The notes below the pieces were generated by a model. It was given only the letters and a program-made list of their open reading frames with translations. It had not been told where the DNA came from and searched no databases. The position numbers and the translations under genes were made by a program. Below, one piece after another: positions 11,680 to 23,300 of a stretch of 64,000 nt of DNA. Position 1 is the stretch's first letter. Each line of letters begins with the position of its first letter. Origin of the DNA: Klebsormidium nitens (Eukaryota > Plantae > Klebsormidiophyceae); the NCBI GenBank assembly GCA_000708835.1, contig DF237011.1, forward strand, positions 188,764 to 252,763, given 5' to 3'.

Positions 11680-13586
11680 AGGAATTGTACTAGTCGAGTT
11701 CGACCCTTAAGCACGCTGAGAGAGGATGGTGAAATAGACGGAAACGGAGTTGTAAATTTCTGGAGGAGATTGAGTATAGGTTTTCTAAGTCGAGGCGAGC
11801 GCCTCCAGCCAAGTCGAAAGCCGGATCGATCAGAGTCCAGTTGAAACCTGCCTTATCTTAAGATGTGATCACATGCAAGCGTTTGGAACTGGATGGGTGC
11901 GGGCATTTGCAATCCCCGGCCAATAAGTCACCGACTTTACGTTGTATGGCCCGCTCGATCAGGCGTTGCTAATTACCGTACTAGGGTCGCCGTCTGTGTC
12001 GGGATACGGATCGTCGACTCGAGTGCTTTTGGTCGGATGCATTGTCGAAAGGCCTAGCTAGCTTATGACCGACACACAGACGCGTCGGCCCTGAGTCGAG
12101 CTAGTACTATAAACGGCGCGGCCACGGGCAGCAGCTCTATATATGATCGTATTGGACGAGGGATGATCACTCCAATCCATGCAAACAAACGTGTGAATTA
12201 ACATCGTCGATCCGAGTCAGACGGCCGGGCCAGCTCGATCATGAGGCCGGGGATCATTTGGCTTGATTTTGCAAATTAATCCGCGGCTGGGCATGATGGC
12301 CGCCAACGGTACGTGCGTAGCTCTATTGATGATAATAACATTGAGGTTACAAATGCCATGCACCTGTCGGCAGCAATTCAATATTTATTTGGCCCCGGCC
12401 CCCCGGCCGGGACCATCATTATATGGCCCCGGCCGGCCGCTGGACCGGTCTCCGTTGTACGTTAAGTTCTAGGCACATTGGATTGCAGCATACAAAGCGT
12501 CTGCTCTGATGTAATTACCTACTCCAGATACAATTTTTTGGTCAACAATCACATATACCAAGTCGATCGACGACAGAGACATTTCGTAAGCAGAAGATCA
12601 TCAACTTACGTTGGACATTCGACGGTTTATTGTATGATGTATGAGTCCGTATTGCATGAGTCACTGAGTCCGTTGCATCGAGTTGTTGTGTGGAGAAAAC
12701 CTGTTAAGAGTTACAGTGACTATGTTGATGGTCCATGCTTATTACGAGCTCGTAATTAGTAAGCAGACATCCAACAGTGGTTGTCGGATCATGTGTATTG
12801 GATACTCTCACATCACGCGCAGCGTGTGACGGGGCTAGGGAGACGGCAGTCATCTTTGTCAGCTAAGGCAGCTTTATAGTGCCCAGCTCACGCTAAGTTC
12901 AGGTCACTACTAACTGATTACGTCCTGTACAGGGGATCATCCTGCGGAAGCCACTTGTTCACTGCGAAAGGTATGGACATCTCCATCCATGTACCACTTT
13001 GCAGAGTCATACAACATTCTGTCTGGCTCGGGGTCCGGACTCGGTCATTCCCAAAGATTTAGAGGTTCTCGTGCTCCGACGTAACTAGCCGACGGACCCA
13101 CCTTACGGTTTACTAGGTTTGTACTGTCGGACTATTGACCAACCCCAAAATCAGCCGTACCCCGAGTCCCGGGTACTGTTGTAGTCGACATGGATATATA
13201 AAGTCGATCATTCAAATCGAACACTTCTTTTGCAATTTCGGTCACCATTTCTACAGGGATGTTTTTACAACGACACTAGAGGATTTGTGCAAGAGATTCA
13301 TCTAATACATCCGATGTTTCAAGGCTGGACGCGTCAGAAGTATCCCGCACATCCGAGCCACTGCGCAACCTAGAAGGGTGGCAGGGCGCCCTATCTTAAA
13401 ACCCGCACCTAGAAAGAGCTGCTCGACCGAGAGCATCTGAAAGCCTTCTATTCGCTAAACAAGCATACCAAACCCCACTATCCCACTACACTGTTCAATC
13501 AAGTGAACGTTCACTAAAGCCTCCCCACAGCTTTCCTCTGAGCATTGCAAACCTGCCAGCTCCGCTCGCGCCCGCGCGCATGCGCC

Positions 13587-14205
13587 TCAGTCACGATCCC
13601 ATTTGTACAGCAGGAAATACTTCAGCACTTCGGCGGCTCCCGCGGCCGCGAAGAGCGCGATCGCCTGCTTGTAGTTGTCGTCGCGAACCGCGCGGAACGC
13701 TCCGAAGCACAGCGCTCCTTCTGCGGCGAGGCACAGCGATGACGTGTGCACCACCTGGGAGATGACGTAAGCGGAGCTGCGGGCCATGACGTCCTGGAAG
13801 TCAGCAGAAGGCTGGCGCGGAGAAGAGTCGGATGAGAAGAGTGTTCTCCAGAGCTCGTTGGAAGAAGACTCGGAAACGCTGATAGGAGAGTCAGAGACAC
13901 GAAGACCGGGGAGGACGGGTCCGGAGCTGGACGTTGTTGAAGAGATAGGCTTGTGGGGGAAACGCTGAGAATATTGTTACGAGATCGTTACTGCAGGAAA
14001 GTGAGAGATGAGAGGGCACTGCTCAGAATGAGATTTGCTGGACGAGCAGGGTGATTTTAGTTAGGCGGCAAGAACTGGCCTGGGCCACAAAAGCGGGTGC
14101 TCGAACGATTTCGGAAAAGGAATCGCTACACTAGGCAGAGGATTTTGAGGAACGCAGCGAACATGGAATGTGCTAAATCCGTACCTGAGAACTCAGCTTC
14201 TTCAT
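13587..14205 (-). CDS. Small orphan protein (~132 aa in a two-exon model, or 66 aa from ATG 13787) with a hydrophobic C-terminal half
   Basis: Exon 14205-14185 (MKKLSSQ|gtacgg) joins in phase 0 to tattctcag|13964-13587. The second exon is a stop-free 126-codon frame: RFPHKPISS..DFQDVMARSSAYVISQVVHTSSLCLAAEGALCFGAFRAV..QAIALFAAAGAAEVLKYFLLYKWDRD*. Confidence 0.5.
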
Positions 14206-14699
14206 AATATCACGTATAAGAGGGACTCATATCTGTCAGCTAATTAGCTAGCGAAGGGGCTGCCAGCGTCGGCGCCATGCAAGGTTTCGACACCGTATGA
14301 ACGAACGGCGGCGGATGCAGTGCGTGCCCACCGCGCGCGGCGGCCGCGCAGCTGTAAACAGGCGGGCGCGCTTGGTGGCCAGGGTTTGAGACAGGGTTCG
14401 CGGGTTGATTTGACGGAAGTTGACCGGGTGGGGGTGCCCACTTCCATATGCCAGCGCAGCGCCGTACGGTTTAATCTGCTTGACGCCGGAGTCCGGAGGG
14501 GTCAACGGAATCTCCGGCTTTGAAGCTGGGTTCCGTACCGCACGCTTTCGGCCCCCGAGTGCCGCATATGGGCCGGCTTGCCGGCCAGCACTGCATGAAA
14601 GTTTGATCAGATCGATGATGCTCAGCTCAGAGTGGAAGGAACCCATAATCCAACGGTTGTTCTGCAACAGCTTACAAGTTGCGGCTATGCGAGCGCGGC

Positions 14700-14925
14700 A
14701 GCCAGCGCTTAGGCTGAGCTGCCAGGCAAAGGCTTGCGATTGCCCACTGCATATGTTGGCCAGCTGGGCGCTGCGCTTATGCCGGAAGCAGCAGCGCTGC
14801 AAACATTCAGCAAAGCCTATATTTCCAGATGGCCAGTGCATGCGCTTATGCCGGAAGCAGTAGCGTTGTAAACATTCAGCAAAGCCTAAGCTGGCCAACA
14901 TACCTATGTTGCAGTGGGCAGTGGC
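14700..14925. repeat. Foldback-like segment: inverted arms enclosing a 69-bp tandem duplication
   Basis: gcgcttatgccggaagcag..aaacattcagcaaagccta occurs at 14773 and 14842. tatgttggccagct (~14752) and agctggccaacata (~14888), and gcccactgca and tgcagtgggc, are reverse complements. Confidence 0.7.
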
Positions 14926-15705
14926 AAGTCTATGCTAGCTTGCAGGATATACCTAGTAGCCTGCATGATTGTCCGCATGATCATGTCAGGATACCCCTGT
15001 GATTCTAGGATCGAAGGGAGGAATGGCAGCTGCCAGCGACAGCTGCAGATCGACCACAGCTGATTATCACTGCGCAGGCAGCTGGCGGAGCTCGCACTGA
15101 GCAGCATTGGTGACACATGCTCCGACATATGCATATGCAGCTGAAATAACGGCAGCTGAAATAGCTTTGGCGTGCGTATGTGTACGTCGCTTTCGAGTCT
15201 CGACAACAGAATCGTACGGCAGCTTCCATACAGCAACATTTATTACTCGACGTACGGTGCAACTAAAGGAATTAATGTGCTTGCCCAAAATCAGCAATTC
15301 TGAAGACCGGTACGTACTGGCAATGGGCACTCTGAAGGCCGACGGCGAGCCTAGAACTGAAGGCAAAAGTGAAGATGGATTTCAAAAGGACTTAATAGCT
15401 TCTTGAATAATTGAAGCTGAGGCATATCCGTTGTCGAGTAGACAAATGTGAATCAAGATTCTCGTGAACCAAGCAGGATTTAGTATGTCGTTGTCAATTC
15501 TCGTCACAGGAAATGCTGATAATCAGCTTTGCACAGCTTCAAATTAGCAGCCTCAACCTGAGACGGCAGATTCAATGTGTGCAGCACTGAACTAGTATTC
15601 AAGTATTAAAGCAGGCTGCACCTAAGCCACGTCTCGTCTGACTGAATGATAGGGCCATCCGGACGACAGTCACATATACGACCGCTTCTCCTCTTTGCTT
15701 CTCCG

Positions 15706-15712
15706 TATAAAA
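15706..15712 (+). promoter_or_regulatory. TATA box of the secreted-protein gene starting at 15878
   Basis: TATAAAA lies ~170 nt upstream of the ATG and is followed by a C/T-rich leader. Confidence 0.6.
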
Positions 15713-15877
15713 GCCAACTGCAAGCTTTACCCTCATCACAACTCTGCGCTACCAAGACTCTTCTAATCTCCAACTGCAGCTACTAGCCCTCAAGTGACCA
15801 CTTTCGCGTTCCAATCAAACCTCTTCCGAGCCGACTGCTGAACCTCTGCTCACAGGCCCCGTTAACGTGCTGACGTC

Positions 15878-18224
15878 ATGGCAAAAGCAGCCTTCTTCCC
15901 TCTCGCCTTGGTGGTGGCGTTCCTCGGTTTCATGGCGGCTGGCGCTCAGGCTGCCGAGGCGAAACCAGAGGACTGCCCCTATTGGGTCGGCTACGGTCCT
16001 GTGGGTTTGTCGTCGGGAGATACCGTCTGCGCCTTGAACGGTGAGTGTCGCAGAATATGACCATTTTGGATCGATTGACTAATTTGGCATCTATATGGTG
16101 GAATGCCTGTGATCAGCAAAATGGTTTAGAGCTCTGTCCTTTCTTGGATTGATGCTCATGAGGAATTTCTGAAAGCCCTCAGCTGGTCGATTCCGAGCTG
16201 AAATACAGTTTTGGAGAGCGCACGCTGAGAGTGTTTGTCCACGCAACGAATGGACGTGACACTAATTTCGATACTGCCTTGCTCATGTGATGTTCTGGAT
16301 CCTCGCCTGGGTTGTGTGTGATGATTTGGAGAACTGAGGCTGCCAGCAGATCTGCTTATGCTATACTACGGGAGAAGGGGCGCTGCTTATTTAAGGGGTT
16401 TTCCTATAGATTTTGACGTCCATTAAGTTGCTCTGGTCGCATCAAGGTTCTGGTATTGAATGTGGCAATAGATTTACTTAGGTGGCCCTTTGTGGGAGCC
16501 CGACTTTAAGCGGTCTGTTCAAGTTGGCCACACGGAGAATCATAGAAGTCCGTCCTTCATAATCCAGCTCAAGACTCCCTTGGTGACGCGCACGTGGGCG
16601 TTTGTAGGATAATTTTGACCAACATTATTGAGGTCATTGTATGTACATTGTAATCTAGCTGCGGCTGCTTTGGGAAGTCTGCGCGACATTGATGCATCAT
16701 TAATCTAGGCGGAGGCAGGCAAGAGGTTCAGCCTTTGCATTTTCACCAGCCTCTAGTAGCTAGATCCAGCTTATGTACTTTAATTCATACTCTGCTTCTT
16801 TCGTCGCGGTTTCAGTTGCCTTCAATTTCAAAGGAGGCCTCTCAAAAAGTAGTACTCTTATGTGCTTTACACAATCAGCTATATCCGATATCCGAGGCTC
16901 GAGGACTCACGGTCGCGCAAACGGATGCAGGCAATCTGGGCGACAGTTTCGATGTGTCTGGCGGGCCCGCCGTCAGCTCCTGCGCGGACATTCTGTTTAA
17001 GATCATCGACGTCCTTTACAAGAAGCAAGGCAGCTACCAATGGGCTGACGTGATGGAATTCATGAGCAAGGAAGCGTTCTCAATGCTAGACCCTGCACTT
17101 AGGAAAATGCAGTTCAGGGAGAGCGTTGACCTTCGTGCGGTCGAGGCGAATGCAGTGAGTACTCCCTCTCACTCTACCGGTCATCAGGAGCGTCGGATTA
17201 CGTTCATCAGACGGCGCAAATTGCGATCTCTCTGTCTATTTCAACCCACAAGCGTTCGTAGGTTAACAGAGCTTCAATATCATTGCCTGGTTCCTTCTCG
17301 GCTCGGAGTTTCCGCCGCACTCGCTTCTTCTTTACTGTGCGCTGCCATTTTGTCCGACGTTTTGTCCGAGTCTGCTTGCGTGGCACAGATCTTTACTGTC
17401 AAGTCCTCTGACGACGATTCAAAGCTCAGACAAACCGTAGCAGAAAGACTCCATCTCTTGATCCTGCAACTTTCCTTGGATCTACTTTGATAATTTGATC
17501 AATAGAAAAAGCGAAGTCACTAGTAGCTATAGGACAGTCGCCCGAGATTTCCTCTACTTTGTGTAACTGAAGCAAGTGATCTCCTGCTCTCCTATCTGAT
17601 AGTACAGGTAATAATAACCCGTGAGAAACGTGTGTTTGGAGGGCTGTGTTCTTAGTGTTTACTGAGGACAAACAAAGAATTGCTCGCTTCTTGCCTGAAA
17701 CAATCTTCGACATCAACCATTCCGAGCTCTTTATCCAATTTTGGTTTTCTGCCTGGAGCCGTCAGGAGGATACCGATCACTCAAGTCTGAAAACTAAGGT
17801 CAAGTCTACCGGTCCAAAGCAAACCCAAACATATTGCACCCGAATCCATGTCCTCAACTGCACCCGAACCCATGTCCTCAACCCCCAATAAACCTCAGGA
17901 GCCAAACGTCCGCCGTTGCTGACGTCATGACCCACATAACTAGCCTATTCCTTACAGTCCCGAAGCGCCCGCTGACGTCATTTTGCTGTTTCCGTCCCCT
18001 CGCAGCTGTCCATGGTGAAGGTCATGCCCGGCCAGTTCGTTCTGATGGACATCGTGCTTGACACTTGGGTTGGCCCCAAAGTGCGCTTCTCGAGTGGCTG
18101 GGCCCTCGACAGTGTCAGTACTATGCCCGGGGGCCGCAAGCTGGCAGCTGCTTCTGACGGCCGGAAGCTGGCGGCCGCGATGAAGTGGAAGCTGATGTCG
18201 GTTTCTAATATCTTCCTCTTTTGA
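15878..18224 (+). CDS. Secreted protein of unknown family, 201 aa, 3 exons
   Basis: Exons 15878-16040 (|gtgagt), 16931-17154 (|gtgagt) and 18006-18224 join in phases 1 and 0 (606 nt). The N-terminus MAKAAFFPLALVVAFLGFMAAGAQA is a typical signal peptide. The C-terminus carries GGRKLAAASDGRKLAAA. Confidence 0.85.
17835..17882. repeat. 24-bp tandem duplication in an intron
   Basis: tgcacccgaa(t/c)ccatgtcctcaac x2. Confidence 0.85.
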
Positions 18225-20314
18225 GCAGATTGTTTTGGATAAGTTCAGCCCGGTATCATCATAAGCAGGAGTACCGTGAAGTAACCTTAGCGATTGTATC
18301 AGAGTCAGTAAAATTTAGCGGTATTGGATCAATGGCTTCACTGCTAGTGTTCTCTGGATTGTAGCAGCGCTATAGTTCTACTAGCCACCAAGCAGAACCA
18401 TTTGTGCTGATTCCGATTGGTTCTTCATAGTCCGTAAGATTCACCGAGTCGTATATACGTAGTGGTTATGGAGAAGGCATTTTGACGATTTGAATTGAGG
18501 CAGATTATGGTAGCTTGATCTATCACAAGTTTTCAACAAACCTGGATTGTGTCTTCATTCTGACTGTCTAATATATTAGTGCGTTCTCCGTACGTAAGTT
18601 TCCAAATTAAAAGGACAGCAGCCCACCGAAATTTTTTGATATGATGCTTGTCTTTTAAGAGGAGAGTCACTGGCGCGCCCAGGATAAGCATTTGGATAAG
18701 CAGATACCCATAACCGAACGGAACGGCGCTTGCATGGGTTGCACTGATGCGAAGCAAAAAACGTCGTAACTCACGGTCGAGCTGACGGACCGGCTTAGGC
18801 TTGATGCCTTCATCATGTGGATTGTGTACTTTGTCTGCAAAAACGCCCTTGAATCATAAATGCGTGATTTAGCATGCCTACTTCTTCACTCAATCATCAT
18901 CGCATCCAGCCAAATCTTGGTGCTGAAAGGTTCTTACACTCGACATGTCAGCTAGCGCACGCAAGCCTGCTGGTCGTAGTATTTGCGAGAAAGTTGCCAG
19001 CTCTCGGTCTGCGCCGGGTTCCGCGTGTCGCGACACTCGAAGCGCTAGCTGCAAAATGGCTTTGCTTTTGATGAAGCGACAATTCACCTGCTCATACGGG
19101 CCATATGCCGGCGTCGTACTAAGTACATAAGTTGCCAATTTTGATGCGACGAGCTGATCCGATCAGCTCGTCGTAGTGCCTGATGATCAGGCTGCTACTT
19201 TGCAACGAACCAAGATCTTTAACGTTCATGTGGACCATAAGCACAAAGCCGATTCAGGTCTTCTGCCCGTCGCGCTATTGGCCGGCAGGATCGATCATTC
19301 AAGTCGCCCACGAGTTACTTCGGATCGACTTGGAAGTGGGACCCCTGGGCCAAGGTATAGTTGCATGACATGATCTGATGAAGTTCGATTGCTGCATCGT
19401 GAGGCGTCATGTAGTATCTTATATAACTGGGCGCCACGTTAGTACGGAAAGAGCAATTGAGCGGAGTAACCGGGCCGTCCTCTTCAAGTTTGAATGCAAC
19501 ACCGATCCGATTTGTCAAACTTGATCAACGCAGATTTGCTACATGAAGTCAGATTATCGCGCACAATAGGCGCAGGCCTTCTTAGACAACGTCAAGGTTA
19601 AATATAGGAGTCGCACTGAAATTGAAAGGTGAGACGAATGATAATCCATGGTCCAGCCTTGAAGAAGTTGAACGCTAACCAAATCCAAATTAGGAGAATC
19701 GGGCAAGCGCCCAGACCCGTGGCTCCAGCCTGCTAACGAGAAGACGGGCTCGATTGAAGTTTGCATCGCAAACTCAAGTTCGATCTAAGCTGGTTGTACG
19801 TGGATAACCTGGCACTATCGTTGCAAAGCCAGGAGAATCTACGCGGCGTCGGTCCCGTTTAAATACTCTAATCCGCGACTTGTACTTTTGCCTCTTCCAC
19901 AGACTCAGAGTTTTACTCTCTCTTTACAAATATTAACCGGCATCTACAAGTCTCACATCGGCGATTTAGTCTCACGTGACTTTCTCAATTGACAAGCTGC
20001 TCAGTTAGAAGAAAGCAAACCGACAACGTAACTTGTCGAAGGTTGTGGTTGGGTGCCAATCTACCGCGCGGGCATAGGTAGGGTTGGGTTACCATCTACT
20101 CGTGTCAACGAAGTTCTGTTTAGATAGAGGTACATCCACGCCTCAGCAAAAAGGATACTCAACGTCTCTTCTTCCTACCGGCGGCTCTGGTTCAAAGTAC
20201 GCAGGTTCAAAATTGCCGTTCTTTCCAAGCAACAATTCAAACGGTTGGGGGCCACAACTCTTTCGGACCCTTTGAAGCGTCTCCTCAACCTTGAATCCTT
20301 GAAACGATAGAACC

Positions 20315-23300
20315 CTAAAGGTTGGGAGGCACGAATCCGTTGGACTTGCACCGGGGAAAGAAGTTCCCCGGGGGGTTGAAGCCGTCACAGCCGTCATTGT
20401 CGCAACAAACGTAGCGTCCCTGCGGATCGTTGTTGTACCAACAGCGGATCGGGAAGGCTGACGCGGCTCCTGAGCCGCACACTCCTGTGGACGAAAGCAG
20501 CGAGTCAGCATGACGTCTGCAAGCTTGTGTTACAGAATGTCGCAGCAATGCTTTCTTCACAGCTAGGGGTCCTATTGCACCAGCAGCGGTCCGCGAAGGC
20601 GGACCCGGCCCTTGAGCCGCATACTCCTAGCTGCATAGAATCTATCGACGTCAGCATGAAGTCAGCAATTTTATATTGAGCTGGTTCTTAAAGAGCGAAA
20701 GACTCCGAAGGATCGACGGAGGGTCAAATGGGCTCCCAAAGTTGAAGTCTCCACAAAGATCGAAAGATTTCCGAAATCCAGTCTCAAGCTCCGCTTTCAT
20801 GAGGGTCCCTGCAGCCGACGGACTAAGACGAAGTGGGTTGTGCATGCTCAAACGAGTGCAAAAGGGCTCTCCGAGTTTCGACGTACACTCGGAGAAGCAG
20901 ATCGAGTCCAGGGACTTCTTCGGTGTTACAGGTCTAGATTCCGAAATTTGAGGGCGGCGAATGGCCGCCTCCCTTCAATATATCTACGTGAGTTTCATCC
21001 TTATGAGAACGCGTTCTGAGCGAAATAGGAACCTATCACTCCGCTGACAAACCGGACGGAGCCCAATGTTTCATCCGGATCAACACACGGAAACAAGTTT
21101 GGCCATCGCCAAACCTCCTTACCCGCAGAGGTTTGCCCATCTTAACCCTGATTCGAAACATCTTCAGCTCACCTTGCGGTCCACCAGACGTAGGTGTGGG
21201 CCCGGGAGGCAAAACTTGGTTTGGGGGCACGTATCCAAAGTTCTTGCAGCGCGGGGTTAGGTTATCGGCGTTGAACCCGTCGCAACCCTGGTTATCGCAG
21301 CAGACGTATCGCCCCAAGGGGTCGTTGTTGAACCAGCAACGGGTAGGGAAAGGTTCGGCGCCCGTCTTTCCGCAAACCCCTGAAGAAATGGGATTTCAAT
21401 TTAGACGGGTTAGGACACCACTGATCGAGGCGCCACGTCACTTAGCAACGACCTCAATTTTCAATGAACAGAGGTTGATTGTGCAAGATCGGCATCCTCC
21501 CGTAAGGATGTCGATGGATGTTTCTTCCAGAATTCGTAAGGAATCTGCGCGGCGATTGTATCCATATGGGATAATCACGGAATCCTGGGCGGCCAAGTCT
21601 TCAGCGGGCCATCATGTCTTAAGCACCAACGTGTTCAGAAGACCGTTATTCGTTTCAATCTAGACTAAGGACAGTCGACGAAGGTTGATGAAGGTTGATG
21701 GACAAAATAACAATCTGTGAAGCTGACAAGTTTCAGAAGGACCAGTCCCGAGGACTCAACCCTCCGAGCTTCTTCGCGAGAGGTAGTCCGCCCGAGTGAA
21801 GCTGACTGAATTGGATGCTCGGAAGTCAATGGAGTTCCAAACGGTATAGCTGCCTGACAAACGTTTCAGCACGAGTTGATGTTAACAGGGCGTAAAGTGG
21901 GCCTGTTGAAGATCGTTCATATACGCAGCCCTTGGACAACTTGTTACTCATCGGTCGCGAAAGTCAGGTTGTGGGTCAGAAACTAATGCGTCCAGCACTC
22001 TCGCAAAAAGAATGAATAAGCACTCCGGAAGACTGCCAGAGATAGAGAGACGGAGAAAAGGTTTTAAGTGGCTGCCCAGGTGGAGCTAGACCAAGACTAG
22101 AACGGTTACATCCGCAGAAAACGTTGCTTACGTTCGAAAGGATACCGTTCGGCGGCGCGGTTTTTTGAGTGCCGACAGGAACCTACTGAAGACTTTGATA
22201 TGTGTACTGTCTGAGAGATGATGGAACAGCAGCTCGATCAAAGCATCACGGTCTACCCAGTCGGACGTAAGCCTTACCCTGGTCAGTTGTAGGAGGCGGG
22301 GGCGGCGCTCCATTCTCGCCGAAGTTCGGAGGCACGTATCCGAAGTTCCTGCAGTGGGGGGTGAGGTTGTCGGCGTTGAATCCATCGCAGCCTTGGGCGT
22401 CACAGCACACGTATCGGCCCTGCAGATAGGCAGATGGGGTCTTTTCTCATTCTTCGAACATCCCGCGCGCGATTGATTGAAACCCAGGCCACTAGGAAGA
22501 AGTAAAACGGCAGCATTCATTGTTAAAAGCGTAACGTTGACCTCTTAGATTGACGAGTACGCCCCTGAACTCGAAGCTCCCTGTCAATTGAAGCTAGAAT
22601 GGACGCTACATCAGCAAAAAAAGCCCACCTGGGTCAACGGCTGGGTCATAGAAGATAACGTCAACCCAATGAGGTTAATCCTACCAAGTGGGCAACAAGG
22701 GTTAGCTGGTTCATGATTACATTTTTACAGAACACGTCCACCTAGGTTAAATTGGGTCAAGGTAAGGATAAACCGACGAAACAGCCCACTAACCCGGGGG
22801 TCGTTGTTGAACCAGCACCTCTGCGGGAAGGCAGCCGCGTCCCCCTGTTTGCCAGACAGGCCTTGGTCCCCTGTATACGACAGATCACCGGGTTTGCGCG
22901 TTGACATGCCAGAATCTGAGCATACGTCTGTAAGAGGGGCCCTAAGCTAACAAGTAAGGTTGGATGATAGAAGGTACTTCCGACGGGAAACTAGAAAGGT
23001 CTCTCCTCTAAGACGTTTCCGAGTTCGTTCTCTTTAAATACCAATCATGATGCCAAATCAAGAGCCCCTGGAAAGCACAATGTCAATCTGAACACGAGTC
23101 AATCGAACAAAAGCTGGCTCGAAACTGTTTCCATGAAGGTAGGATGGTATAAGGTGCCCATTGAAGGCGTTTTAGAGACTCTAGTCTAAACCGCGCTGAA
23201 GCAGCACGCGGCCCAGCATCTATACAGACAAGGTGCAGCCCTTACTTATAGCCATCGGAAGTACGGTCTGATCCGACAAATCCGGAGCAGTCTGCTCTGA

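Noticed and set aside
11880-13070. Palindrome-rich intergenic region as a Helitron or other TE
   Set aside because: Many short palindromes and GGCC runs, but I could not define termini, a TSD or a second copy within the window.
14248-14901. 217-aa minus-strand ORF
   Set aside because: Its repeated peptide (GFAECLQR.CFRHKR) just reflects the 69-bp DNA duplication, it starts at a non-ATG codon, and it has no domain signal.
16735-17490. 251-aa + strand ORF as a stand-alone gene
   Set aside because: Only 16931-17154 is exon 2 of the secreted-protein gene; the rest is intron read-through.
17230-17716. Antisense protein-like stretches in intron 2 of the secreted gene (KKKRVRRKLRAEKE..LLTYERLWVEIDREIA)
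   Set aside because: Broken by stops, with no start or splice context and no family recognised.
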